Under the pieces are notes generated by a model, which ran no database searches, was not told the origin of the DNA, and worked only from the letters and a program-made list of their open reading frames with translations. DNA of 64,000 nt from an uncultured Clostridia bacterium. GTDB taxonomy: Bacteria; Bacillota; Clostridia; UMGS1883. A program made the translations under genes and the position numbers. Of this stretch, positions 18,629 to 27,409 are shown piece by piece; within the stretch, counting starts at the first letter, position 1; every line of letters begins with the position of its first letter. The stretch is from positions 29,250 through 93,249 of the forward strand of contig CANQRB010000004.1 in assembly GCA_947626145.1 (NCBI GenBank), read 5' to 3'.

Positions 18629-18657
18629 AGTATACCACACATTTTTCCGGTTGTAAA
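18629..18657 (-). promoter_or_regulatory. Strong sigma-70-type promoter driving the leader/ncRNA
   Basis: On the minus strand: TTTACA, a 17-nt spacer, then TATACT with an upstream TGg (extended -10). Confidence 0.65.
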
Positions 18658-19187
18658 GTGTTTTTTTTTCGTAAATGAATAATTTTTTATAACATATTCG
18701 CCGCGAAACCCATCTAGGCGCTTATCTTGCTGCTGAACGGCTCCCCGACTGTTTTACAAAAGAGTCGAACATTGCACAAATTCGTTCTTCGTAGGAAGGA
18801 GCTGCCACAACATTTCCCTCCTTTTGCTAAAAATTGTTCTTGGTCGGTTTTCCCCCCCTTTGTAATACCGGAACAATTTAAGTTATACAAAATCGGAAAT
18901 TTTTTTAAATTATCTGAAAAAGTCAAAATAAAAAGGACAGATTAATATCTATCATTCTCAGTATTCAATTACATCGCCTTTAAAAATCCCCTCCGGCGCA
19001 TGAGGGGGTTTACGCCGGAGAAAATTTTATATATCAAAGAGGCCCGTGCCTCTTAATTTTTGCGGCCGGTTATGCCTGAGTCGCGGCGTCCGTCTTGACT
19101 CTGCGGAAGCGCACCAGACCCGTACGGTGAAGGGCAACCATTATTGCCGGGATAAGCACAAGTTGAAGTATTATTCCGGGGATGGCG

Positions 19188-20000
19188 TTAAGCACCGCAG
19201 TCTGCGCAGGACAAAAAACCTGAAAAGATGTCGATTTCGCCTGACTTTGTTGGTCTATGTTGCATGGCGATCCGCTTCTGTGCAAGCTCAAAGATTTCTT
19301 CGTCAATTAACGGCTCATGCGTATTAGGTAAGAAATAGCGTTGTTCTGCCTCTTTTTCGACTTATACGAAACCTTGTGTGTTTTCTCAGTGATGATATGC
19401 CCTAAATACTTTTACCGTGTCAGGATGTCAAACAGCGTTTTCTCCGGCCATGTGTAAGGAGCGATCAAGGCTTTCTGATGTCGCGCATTCCTCGTCCGCT
19501 CATAACGTAATGCACCGATTGTCAAAACCTTGTTGTCGTCAAGCCATCGCTGAATATCGCACATCTGAGTATCCTTCACATACATGACGAAAATCTGCTT
19601 GACTATGAGATGTATCCGTATGGATATTCCCCGTTGACGTGCTCGCCCTTTTGAGTCCGCGCCTGCTTTGCGGCTCGGTGGTTGTCGCTCGGCATATTCT
19701 CTCGGATATGTGTCATGGCACACCCGCCGTATGGCTCGGCGCAAAAGGGATGTGTCCTTTGTTGCTGTTATGATGCCTCGCTGTTATCTTGCGGGCAAAT
19801 TTGTCGAGGTTCGTACAGATGGGGAGTATCGGAAAGGGGGATTTATGCGCCGCTCCAGGTCGTCGGGTCAGTTCACCTGAAAAGTCAGAATTTTTGTAAT
19901 GAGCTTCGTTTCCAGTCTGCTGATCTTCGTCTACGCACAAATGAGGATTGCCATACTCGTCGTTTTCGATGTACACTGTATGATCCAGAATACCGAAAGC
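19188..20000 (-). pseudogene. Decayed large serine recombinase (conjugative-transposon/DUF4368 type), frameshifted and 3'-truncated; bounds approximate
   Basis: Fragments in different frames resemble this family: IVKQIFVMYVKDTQMCDIQRWLDDNKVLT...YTWPEKTLFDILTR (19412-19744) and NTHEPLIDEEIFELAQKRIAMQHRPTKSGEIDIFSGFLSCADCGA* (about 19188-19325). The latter is the recombinase/Zn-ribbon region, cut right after CxxCG. Confidence 0.6.
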
Positions 20001-20366
20001 CCTGTCCTCTTTGAAATAACTGTCTCAGACTGAAAGCTGATTCATTACTTCAACAGGAAATTCGACAAAGAAAATCGCCTGCCTGCACATGGCAGGCGGG
20101 CGAAACGGAACTAACAGAAGTATTTACGTGATTTATGTGTTCATCTTCCTCGGCAGGGTATCCCGCTTGCTGGGTCAGACTTCTTTTGAGCGAAGAACCA
20201 TTGCCGGAATTTGTCGATATGGAATAGGCTTCATGGCGGCTACCTCCTGTTAGCCGCCATACCTGTTAGCCTGCAGTTTCTTCCCTTGTATCAAGAGAAA
20301 TGGCAGCCTATGAAAAACAAGCATATAACCAAGAGCAGCAGTATATAGGCTCTGCGTCTATGCGTC

Positions 20367-20513
20367 TTACTCTTTTACAACCTCGATCCGTAGGTGTTCC
20401 TCGTTAATCAGCGTTTTGCGTTTGCATTTGGGACAATACAACGGAAAGTTCTCCAGAATGGTATCTTCCAGTATTTTAATTCGTGTTTTGCTTTTACAAA
20501 CAGGACACAACAC
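20367..20513 (-). CDS. Cysteine-rich KTR-domain small protein (about 48 aa from a GTG start)
   Basis: Hand translation gives VLCPVCKSKTRIKILEDTILENFPLYCPKCKRKTLINEEHLRIEVVKE*. The CPxC...KTR...CPKC pattern is typical of small proteins found beside recombinases in clostridial mobile elements. The start codon is uncertain. Confidence 0.55.
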   Translation of the reverse strand: MLCPVCKSKTRIKILEDTILENFPLYCPKCKRKTLINEEHLRIEVVKE

Positions 20514-20716
20514 CAAAACGCTTTTATTTACTCCGATTCGAACTACTCCCTGCGAATTGCAATAAGTGTTTTAAACTATTACCCTCAACAAAGCACAACA
20601 ACCAGATATTTCCTGACGGCAATTTTTTGCGAAATGATTCCCGTAATTATCGTCGATGCATTGCTGTGAGCAGGTATTTATTTTGTAAAAAGTCGTTGCT
20701 GCCCGTATTTTAATTT

Positions 20717-21340
20717 TTACGATTTTTTGAACTTCGTTTTAAGCGCCTCAAAGTTTGCTTTCAGCTTGGCACGCTCAGCTTCCATTTTCTGCTTGCGTTC
20801 TGCGCTACGCTCAGCGTGCATCTTACGGCGAGCTTCGTCGGCAAGTTCTTTTTCTACGCGCATTGCTTCTTCTACCTCGTCCTGTACCAATGTAGCATCG
20901 CGTCGAAGAATCGTCGTTTGAAACTTATCGAACCGAAAATCCAGTGCATGATCTGTTTCCTCCTGCGCAAGGAGAAGAATCGCGACCTCACCGTCCTCCA
21001 GCTTTGATCCAACCGTTTCCAGCATTGTGTTGTTCCGATCCACATCATCAATGTCTTTGGCGCTTCCAATCAGATGACCTGTCATACCACCCAAAAGGAT
21101 GCCGAGAGGACCACCGAGAATTCCGATCAGACCGCCAATCAGACCGCCCGCGAGGGCGTCATCGCTGCTGTCCATGCCGCTTGTGAATGAGTCTATGGTG
21201 GAAATTATATTACCGTTTTTCTTTACAAGCGCCCCTTGCAATACGGTATATTGCGGCATAATTGGCTGCTTTTTGATTCCCATGTAGGCTTGATAGCCCT
21301 CGCTTTCCACATTGAACAAAATAGTTAAGACATTTTCCAT
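20717..21340 (-). CDS. Glycine-zipper membrane/stress-type protein (DUF1269-like, from memory)
   Basis: 207 aa. A central AGGLIGGLIGILGGPLGILLGGMTGHLIGS glycine zipper is followed by a K/E/R-rich coiled-coil tail. Confidence 0.65.
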   Translation of the reverse strand: MENVLTILFNVESEGYQAYMGIKKQPIMPQYTVLQGALVKKNGNIISTIDSFTSGMDSSDDALAGGLIGGLIGILGGPLGILLGGMTGHLIGSAKDIDDVDRNNTMLETVGSKLEDGEVAILLLAQEETDHALDFRFDKFQTTILRRDATLVQDEVEEAMRVEKELADEARRKMHAERSAERKQKMEAERAKLKANFEALKTKFKKS

Positions 21341-21538
21341 TCGTGAAACTTCCTTTCTTTTGTTGTTATTTTAATCACTAAATTGCTTTTGCCAATCTAT
21401 ACACGAAATCAATTATATTGCGCCTAAAAACTTTGTATATCGGTGTTTCGGGCAATAGGGGTAACCATTAACGGACGCCGCGTCATCTCGTATTTAATCG
21501 CAAGTTTTCCTCGATCAAAGAGAAACGTAATTGCCTTT

Positions 21539-21988
21539 TTATCTCCTGTTTGCTTTTTTCAGTTCCTTTTGGGCGGCTTTGATTTCCCGTTGCAGTTCGT
21601 CAAGTTCCTGTTCCAGTGCGTCGGCAATATAATCTCCGGTAATCACAGCGGCACGAATCATACAGGCGGTGCTTACAATGGCATCCTCCACCTCTTTTCC
21701 GAGTCCGAGGAGTTCCAGAGAACCTGTGCCGTTTTCATCGTACAGCACCACGTCCGGAATCCCGTTTTTATCCGTGTCTCCGAAGTACAGATTGAATTCT
21801 CCGTCGCCGGTGAGATCCACCGCCAGCGTGTCAATATCTCCGTCGCCGGTGGTATCAAGCAAAGCCAAATCCGCTTCTTTATCTCCGTCAATATCGATCA
21901 AAATCTCGTCTTTTCCACTGCGAAGCAGTGTCTTGTGCCAGTCGCGGTCAAATTTCATTTTAGTTTTCAATTTTCTGAGGGTTCCCAT
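21539..21988 (-). CDS. Acidic protein with repeated EF-hand/DxDxDG-like calcium-binding loops
   Basis: 149 aa. Loops seen: DIDGDKEAD, DTTGDGDID, DLTGDGEFN, DTDKNGIPD and DENGTG, then a C-terminal coiled coil. An AAGGAG RBS is present. Confidence 0.65.
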   Translation of the reverse strand: MGTLRKLKTKMKFDRDWHKTLLRSGKDEILIDIDGDKEADLALLDTTGDGDIDTLAVDLTGDGEFNLYFGDTDKNGIPDVVLYDENGTGSLELLGLGKEVEDAIVSTACMIRAAVITGDYIADALEQELDELQREIKAAQKELKKANRR

Positions 21989-22084
21989 AGGTCATTGCTC
22001 CTTTTCTTTTATTTTGGGCTTTTTCAGCCTTTTTTATAGGGTTATTCTGTCCGCAACACAAACAGGGGCTCTCTTTGCGGCATT

Positions 22085-22410
22085 TCTGGAGGGGATGATG
22101 CCGGCAATTTCTGACGCAACAAGCACCCCACCCCTGTGGTGGCCGGGTAGTGTTTAACTTCGAAATAAATCAATGAAATCATTAGTAATCTTATAACTTC
22201 TCCCTTGATTTATTCCGTTTCATCCGATCCCATTTTTGCAGCAGCCTCTTTATAGAAACATCCAAATATCCAATATAATTTTGCCACCGTAAAATCCGCT
22301 TATGATAGGGGCCTTCCTTTCCAAAAAACTTGTTGGATTGATACCGTCTCTGCCGCTTCTCACAAATCATGATAGCAGAGAAATCTAAACTGAAACGAAA
22401 CTGTCTTTTT
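22085..22410 (-). pseudogene. Decayed, internally deleted duplicate of the SAS-GT8-CDP-alcohol-transferase operon
   Basis: Nucleotide similarity was read by eye. Positions ~22085-22195 resemble 22830-22930 (the 5' part of the transferase gene). Positions ~22200-22290 resemble 22995-23090 (the GT8 3' end). Positions ~22300-22410 resemble 24630-24726 (the SAS start, 5'UTR and promoter box). No intact ORF remains. Confidence 0.65.
22369..22402 (-). promoter_or_regulatory. Box 1: 20-bp response-regulator-type box plus -10 hexamer
   Basis: Minus-strand sense reads AGTTTCGTTTCAGTTTAGAT-8 nt-TATCAT. The box is 22383-22402 and the -10 is 22369-22374. Confidence 0.6.
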
Positions 22411-22414
22411 TCTT

Positions 22415-22987
22415 TTATTTGTGCGGAACAGGATTGTTTTTACTCAAAATATGCTTATAGTATCGGATATAAAGGATGAGAGACATAATCATCAAACATC
22501 CGCTTATTAGAATTAGACCATTTGCTATTTTCAATGGGATATCGGGGAAAAGGATAAGCACAGATATAACAATATACAAAAAAACTGTGTTCAACTTTCC
22601 ATACCATTTTGCGCTGTTGACAGTATCTTTTCGTTTCAAAGCAAGATATCCAAGCGTGGCCATGCAGATTTCTTTTCCGATAAACAATACGATCAGAACA
22701 GACATCCACTTATACCGACTCGAAAGGCAGACAATAAGTACACATTGCGTCAATTTATCCGCTATGGGGTCTAATATCTTGCCAAGATCGGATACCATAT
22801 GGAACTTCCGTGCAATGATACCATCAGCAATGTCCGTAATTGCTGACGCGACAAGCACTCCTGTGGCTGCTTGGTAGTGTTTGACCCCGATATAAAGCCA
22901 TACGATCAGCGGGATCATCAGTAATCTTATAACGCTAAGCAAATTCGGTATGGTCAGGATTTGGTCTTTTTTGAATATCCTGTGCAT
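22415..22987 (-). CDS. CDP-alcohol phosphatidyltransferase family protein
   Basis: 190 aa, polytopic. Signature D-x2-DG-x2-AR...G-x3-D-x3-D is seen as TDIADGIIARKFHMVSDLGKILDPIADKL. A GGGAGG RBS is present. Confidence 0.9.
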   Translation of the reverse strand: MHRIFKKDQILTIPNLLSVIRLLMIPLIVWLYIGVKHYQAATGVLVASAITDIADGIIARKFHMVSDLGKILDPIADKLTQCVLIVCLSSRYKWMSVLIVLFIGKEICMATLGYLALKRKDTVNSAKWYGKLNTVFLYIVISVLILFPDIPLKIANGLILISGCLMIMSLILYIRYYKHILSKNNPVPHK

Positions 22988-23005
22988 TGAATATCCTCCC
23001 TTAAT

Positions 23006-23851
23006 CTATTCCGTTTCATCTGATCTCATTTTTGCAACAGCCTCTTTATAGAACACATCCAAATCTCCGATATAATTTTCTTTCCACGGTTTATTCCTTC
23101 CGCAGTAGTGAATTATAATGGAGTGCTTTCGTACCCAATTCAAATCAAGACTTTTTTCAAATGGACTGTGCACCCGATAAAGCCACTCTGTCATGTTATA
23201 TCGAAATGGGTCCAGCGTATAGATTTTGCTGCCATACAGGCTGCTGATAATGTCCTGATCCGGAAAGACAAGATGAGATTTTCTCTTTTCGATGAAGTGA
23301 AACACATCCGCATAGTCCTGCTCTTTCCGTAAAAGCGAGAGGTTCATGAGCAACACGCCGGAATTAATATATGGGCTGTTGTCATCCATATCCAGACGCA
23401 GTTCATTGAACTTATGGAGAAACCCAAGACTGTCAATGTGTGACGCTGCCGCATAATAGTATTCTTCCATCGAGGTCTGATACAGTGGAAGAATCGAACC
23501 ATTGAGAACAAGATCGGGGTCAAGATAGAGCACGCGGTCGAGAGTCTCCGGCAGATAGCGTGCAGCAAAAATACGGTAATAAATCTCTTGTGGATAGCGC
23601 GAAGTTGTTGGGGCCTCGTCAAGCGCCAAATAATCAGCCTTTATTGGGATCAGACATCCTCCTGCCTTAAAAAGCATTTTTTCGGTTGCTTTAAGCGCCT
23701 GCTTTGAAATTGAGGAATGAAGAAGATACACATGGAATACGCAGCCTGGGTTGGAGCGAATCAAGGTTGAAAGCATCACATTCAAATAGGGGATGTAGTT
23801 TTCATCCAAAGTAACAAGAATATTAATCGGATTTATCAATCCAGGATTCAT
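23006..23851 (-). CDS. Glycosyltransferase family 8 (GspA-like)
   Basis: LVTLDENYIPYLNVMLSTL, the DxD motif in YLDPDLV, and NSGVLLMNL. ATG 23851 lies 6 nt after GGGAGGG; the ORF-track start at 23899 is less likely. Confidence 0.85.
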   Translation of the reverse strand: MNPGLINPINILVTLDENYIPYLNVMLSTLIRSNPGCVFHVYLLHSSISKQALKATEKMLFKAGGCLIPIKADYLALDEAPTTSRYPQEIYYRIFAARYLPETLDRVLYLDPDLVLNGSILPLYQTSMEEYYYAAASHIDSLGFLHKFNELRLDMDDNSPYINSGVLLMNLSLLRKEQDYADVFHFIEKRKSHLVFPDQDIISSLYGSKIYTLDPFRYNMTEWLYRVHSPFEKSLDLNWVRKHSIIIHYCGRNKPWKENYIGDLDVFYKEAVAKMRSDETE

Positions 23852-23917
23852 TTTAATCCCTCCCTGTTTCTTATGTTGTATATAGTCTTCTTCACCCATT
23901 CACAAATCCTACCATTT

Positions 23918-24625
23918 CTATCGTGGTTTCAGAGTATTTTTATTTTGTTGGGTCTTTTTTAAGAGGTTATCCATTCTCCGATCAAGTTCCGCGCTGAGGT
24001 TTGCGCACTGATAAAGTTCCTCAGCCATTTCCGGGGTAAATGCAGAATCCTTTTTATAACGAAGCTGATGTTCAAGGCTGGCCCAGAAATCCATCGCTAT
24101 CGTGCGCAGCTGAATTTCTACTTTCATCATCCGTTTTTCATGTGCCAAAAAGATCGGAATTGCTACAATCAGATGCAGACTTCTATATCCGTTGGGTTTC
24201 GGGTTTTTTATGTAGTCCTTTTTTTCAATCAGGGTAATGTCATCCTGTATGAGCAATGCCTCTGACAGCGCATAAACATCGTCCGGAAATGAGCAGATTA
24301 CTCGAACACCGGCAATATCGTTTAGATTTTCTTCTATAGAGGAAAGTGTGGGCGGGATGCCCCGCCGCTCCAATTTTTCTTTTATGCTGCGGGGATTTTT
24401 CAGTCTGGTTTTGATACTGCTTATCGGATTACGGTCGAATTCCAAAGAATATTCTTCATTCAACACATTGAATTTTGTTTCAATCTCCATCATGGCACAT
24501 TTGTAATAGGACATCAGGCGGATAAAAGGTACAGATTTTCTCTGCATCCAGTCGATTGTCTGATCGTCCACAATAGAGAGCATTCGTGTTTTTATATTTT
24601 CATCCTCTTGATTCCATTCAGACAT
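23918..24625 (-). CDS. Small alarmone synthetase (RelQ/RelP-type GTP pyrophosphokinase, RelA_SpoT domain only)
   Basis: About 235 aa: IKTRLKNPRSIKEKLERRG...DIAGVRVICSF...KPNGYRSLHLIV...VEIQLRTIAMDFWASLEHQLRYKK. There are no hydrolase or regulatory domains. Confidence 0.9.
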   Translation of the reverse strand: MSEWNQEDENIKTRMLSIVDDQTIDWMQRKSVPFIRLMSYYKCAMMEIETKFNVLNEEYSLEFDRNPISSIKTRLKNPRSIKEKLERRGIPPTLSSIEENLNDIAGVRVICSFPDDVYALSEALLIQDDITLIEKKDYIKNPKPNGYRSLHLIVAIPIFLAHEKRMMKVEIQLRTIAMDFWASLEHQLRYKKDSAFTPEMAEELYQCANLSAELDRRMDNLLKKTQQNKNTLKPR

Positions 24626-24692
24626 TCTGATCTTCCTTTCCAAAAAACAAAGCTTGTTGGATCAATACCGGCTCTGCCGCTTTTCGCAGGTA

Positions 24693-24726
24693 ATGATAGC
24701 AGAGAAAACTAAACTGAAACAAAACA
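24693..24726 (-). promoter_or_regulatory. Box 2: 20-bp box plus -10 hexamer upstream of the SAS operon
   Basis: Sense strand reads TGTTTTGTTTCAGTTTAGTT-8 nt-TATCAT. It matches boxes 1 and 3 at 17 of 20 positions, and its 8-nt spacer (TTCTCTGC) is identical to that of box 1. Confidence 0.6.
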
Positions 24727-24818
24727 ACGACGGACCCTTCGAAAAAGAAGAATCCGTCTGACCGCTTTACGGCGGAAGTAATAAACTAATTTTATAACCA
24801 TTTCGCAAGTTGACTGTA

Positions 24819-26588
24819 TCAAGCTGCAAGGCAGCGAGCGTTGGCGCTGGATTGCTCCAGCCGGTCAGATGCTGCTTTGATTGCAGCCATCTCACTTTCA
24901 GTTACGGTTTCCGGTTTATATTTGCCAAGCAACTTTCGTAATGCAGAACAGTCTTCTTTAATCTGCTTTTTTTCTTCTTTTTCAAGCTGCTTCCCAACTT
25001 TGTGCAATGCCTGTTCAGCTTCTGATAATACCTTCCCTGCGCGATTAACCATTTCTAAAGAGTTACGGCGAACACCATCCTGTGCCGCATACTGTTCCGC
25101 ATCGCGAATCGCCTGTTCAATCTCCGCATCGGACATTTTATCATTGTTCGAAATGGTAATAGACTGTGCTTTCCCCGTATCCAAATCTCTTGCGGACACT
25201 TTTAAAATTCCATTGGCATCAATGTCGAAAGTAACTTCAATCTGCGGCACTCCTGCGGGGGCTTTCTTAATTCCGTTAAGTTTGAATTTGCCGATGGTCT
25301 TATTATCGCGTGCCATTGGCCGTTCTCCTTGTAGAACATGAATTTCCACACTGCTTTGAAACGGTGCCGCGGTTGAAAAAATCTGTGAATAGTGAATGGG
25401 CAAAGTGGAATTTCTCTCCACAAGACGTGTTGCGACACCGCCTACTGTTTCAATAGAAAGGCTGAGAGGGGTAACATCCAAAAGAAGGATACCGTTTTCC
25501 GAACCGGCAATCTGCAGCGAACCGCCAGAAAGCGTGTCTCCCTGAATGGCGGCGCCCTGAGCAACACACTCATCCGGATTGATATTCTTTGACGGTATAA
25601 TACCGGTCAATTGACGCACTTTTTCCTGAACAGCGGGAATACGGGTTGCGCCTCCGACAAGGATGACCTTGCCAAGTTCGGATGGCGCAATACCAGCATC
25701 ATTCAAGGCGTTCTGTACCGGAATTGCTGTTCGATCCACAAGATCGCGGGTCAGCTCGTTGAATTTGGCACGGGTGAGGATAGTATCAAAGTGTATTATG
25801 CCGTCCTTTTCCTGGGCCAGGTACGGCAGGCTTATCATAGCGTTCTCTGAGCCGGACAGTTCCTTTTTTGCCTGTTCAGCCGCTTCACGCACACGCTGCA
25901 ATGCTACATAATCTTTTTTTACATCTGTATGATACTGCCTCTGAATTTCCGAAATCAAATACTCAGTGATACGCTCATCAAAGTCATCGCCGCCCAAATG
26001 GTTATCACCATTTGTTGCCAGAACTTCTATAACGCCGTCTCCAATCTCAATGATGGAAACATCAAAAGTACCGCCGCCAAGGTCATATACCATGACCTTT
26101 TGCTGTGTTCCGTTATCCAGCCCGTAAGCAAGCGCGGCGCTGGTTGGCTCATTAATAATCCGTTTTACATTTAAGCCTGCAATTCGCCCGGCATCTTTTG
26201 TGGCCTGTCGCTGAATATCGTTAAAATAAGCGGGTACAGTGATGACCGCGTCCGTCACTTCCTCTCCAAGAAAGGCTTCTGCATCCTTGCGCAGTTTTCG
26301 TAGAATCATTGCACTGATCTCCTGCGGCGTAAATCTTTTACCGTCAATATTGATAGTCCAATCCGTCCCCATGTGACGTTTCACAGACGAAACGGTTCGG
26401 GACGCATTAGTAACCGCCTGTCGTCTTGCCGTTTCACCCACTAACCGTTCACCGGATGCGGTAAAAGCAACAATGCTGGGAGTGGTTCTTCCGCCTTGTT
26501 CGCTTGGAATGATAACGGGTTTGCCGCCCTCTACAAAAGCGACGCAGCTATTCGTTGTTCCAAGATCAATACCGATTGTTTTTCCCAC
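24819..26588 (-). CDS. Accessory Hsp70-family chaperone (DnaK paralogue)
   Basis: [25 protein letters not shown] and GGDDFD, followed by substrate-binding and lid regions. The likely GTG start at 26588 gives the canonical [15 protein letters not shown]-terminus; the ORF track extends to 26615. It is AT-richer than the core, and no grpE lies nearby. Confidence 0.9.
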   Translation of the reverse strand: MGKTIGIDLGTTNSCVAFVEGGKPVIIPSEQGGRTTPSIVAFTASGERLVGETARRQAVTNASRTVSSVKRHMGTDWTINIDGKRFTPQEISAMILRKLRKDAEAFLGEEVTDAVITVPAYFNDIQRQATKDAGRIAGLNVKRIINEPTSAALAYGLDNGTQQKVMVYDLGGGTFDVSIIEIGDGVIEVLATNGDNHLGGDDFDERITEYLISEIQRQYHTDVKKDYVALQRVREAAEQAKKELSGSENAMISLPYLAQEKDGIIHFDTILTRAKFNELTRDLVDRTAIPVQNALNDAGIAPSELGKVILVGGATRIPAVQEKVRQLTGIIPSKNINPDECVAQGAAIQGDTLSGGSLQIAGSENGILLLDVTPLSLSIETVGGVATRLVERNSTLPIHYSQIFSTAAPFQSSVEIHVLQGERPMARDNKTIGKFKLNGIKKAPAGVPQIEVTFDIDANGILKVSARDLDTGKAQSITISNNDKMSDAEIEQAIRDAEQYAAQDGVRRNSLEMVNRAGKVLSEAEQALHKVGKQLEKEEKKQIKEDCSALRKLLGKYKPETVTESEMAAIKAASDRLEQSSANARCLAA

Positions 26589-26605
26589 AGTAATTCCATC
26601 CTTTC

Positions 26606-27406
26606 CTACATACATCTAAGGCAGCCAAATGGGCCGCATAGGAATTGCATGGCTAAAAAGCCAAAACATATTTTTTGTATATTAGTGGCTTCCATATCGA
26701 AGCCTTTTGCATTTTGTTCATAGGTTTGCTCTGAACGGCGAAATTTTTGCAAAAGCAGATGATAGGTGCGATTATTCGGCTCCATTTGTGATGCTCTCTG
26801 CATATGGTCGATTGCCTGAACGGTGTTACCAAGACCATGATTGGCAAGAGCGCTTAAATAATACCACCTTGCACCTCGTCCTACGCTCGGTATACGGGTC
26901 AAAATCCAAATTGCCTCTTGATAGCGATGGTTATTGATTTCAGTAATGGCCTGCCTGATTTCCATATTGTCGCCCGGCTCAGGCTGCGGATTCATAAAAA
27001 CGGCATCATCATTGCCGTTCCGTTCAAATCCAAATCCAAAAATATTCCCAAAGTCAAAGCCGCCAAAATCGCTCGACCAGCCACCCGGACCTCGATAACC
27101 GCCAGAGCCGCCCTGCCTTTCATATCCGGTTCCACTATAACCGCCGTTTTGATTTTCCGTATATCCCCCATATTGCCTACTCTGTCCGTAAGATTGGCGC
27201 TGCTGTGCTCGCCTTGCCTCATACTTCTGCGGATTCATCAACATATCGTAGGCTTCATTCACCGCATTCATTTTTTGGCTCGCGGTCGGATCATCGGGAT
27301 GCAAGTCAGGATGATATTGCTTTGCCTTTTGACGATATGCTTTTTTTATTTCTTCTTTAGTCGCTCCTTTAGGAACGCCCAGAGTTTGATAAGGGTCATT
27401 GACCAT
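26606..27406 (-). CDS. J-domain protein with G/F-rich linker, TPR-like region and hydrophobic Cys-rich tail
   Basis: J domain [36 protein letters not shown] (HPD motif). A Gly/Tyr/Phe-rich tract follows. The C-terminus is [21 protein letters not shown]. There is no DnaJ-type zinc-finger CxxCxGxG repeat. Confidence 0.85.
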   Translation of the reverse strand: MVNDPYQTLGVPKGATKEEIKKAYRQKAKQYHPDLHPDDPTASQKMNAVNEAYDMLMNPQKYEARRAQQRQSYGQSRQYGGYTENQNGGYSGTGYERQGGSGGYRGPGGWSSDFGGFDFGNIFGFGFERNGNDDAVFMNPQPEPGDNMEIRQAITEINNHRYQEAIWILTRIPSVGRGARWYYLSALANHGLGNTVQAIDHMQRASQMEPNNRTYHLLLQKFRRSEQTYEQNAKGFDMEATNIQKICFGFLAMQFLCGPFGCLRCM

Positions 27407-27409
27407 GGC

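Noticed and set aside
19070-19306. 78-aa ORF called on the minus strand.
   Set aside because: It is a chimera. Its 5' half is an out-of-frame reading of the recombinase remnant. Its 3' half is the orphan C-terminus of an unrelated membrane-protein gene. It is not an intact gene.
4200-20700. I looked for a direct repeat of the tRNA-Ser 3' end (att-type duplication) at the far side of the accessory tract.
   Set aside because: Only a 9-nt chance-level match (gattcgaac near 20545) was seen by eye. That is not enough to define an att site, and a computed search is needed.
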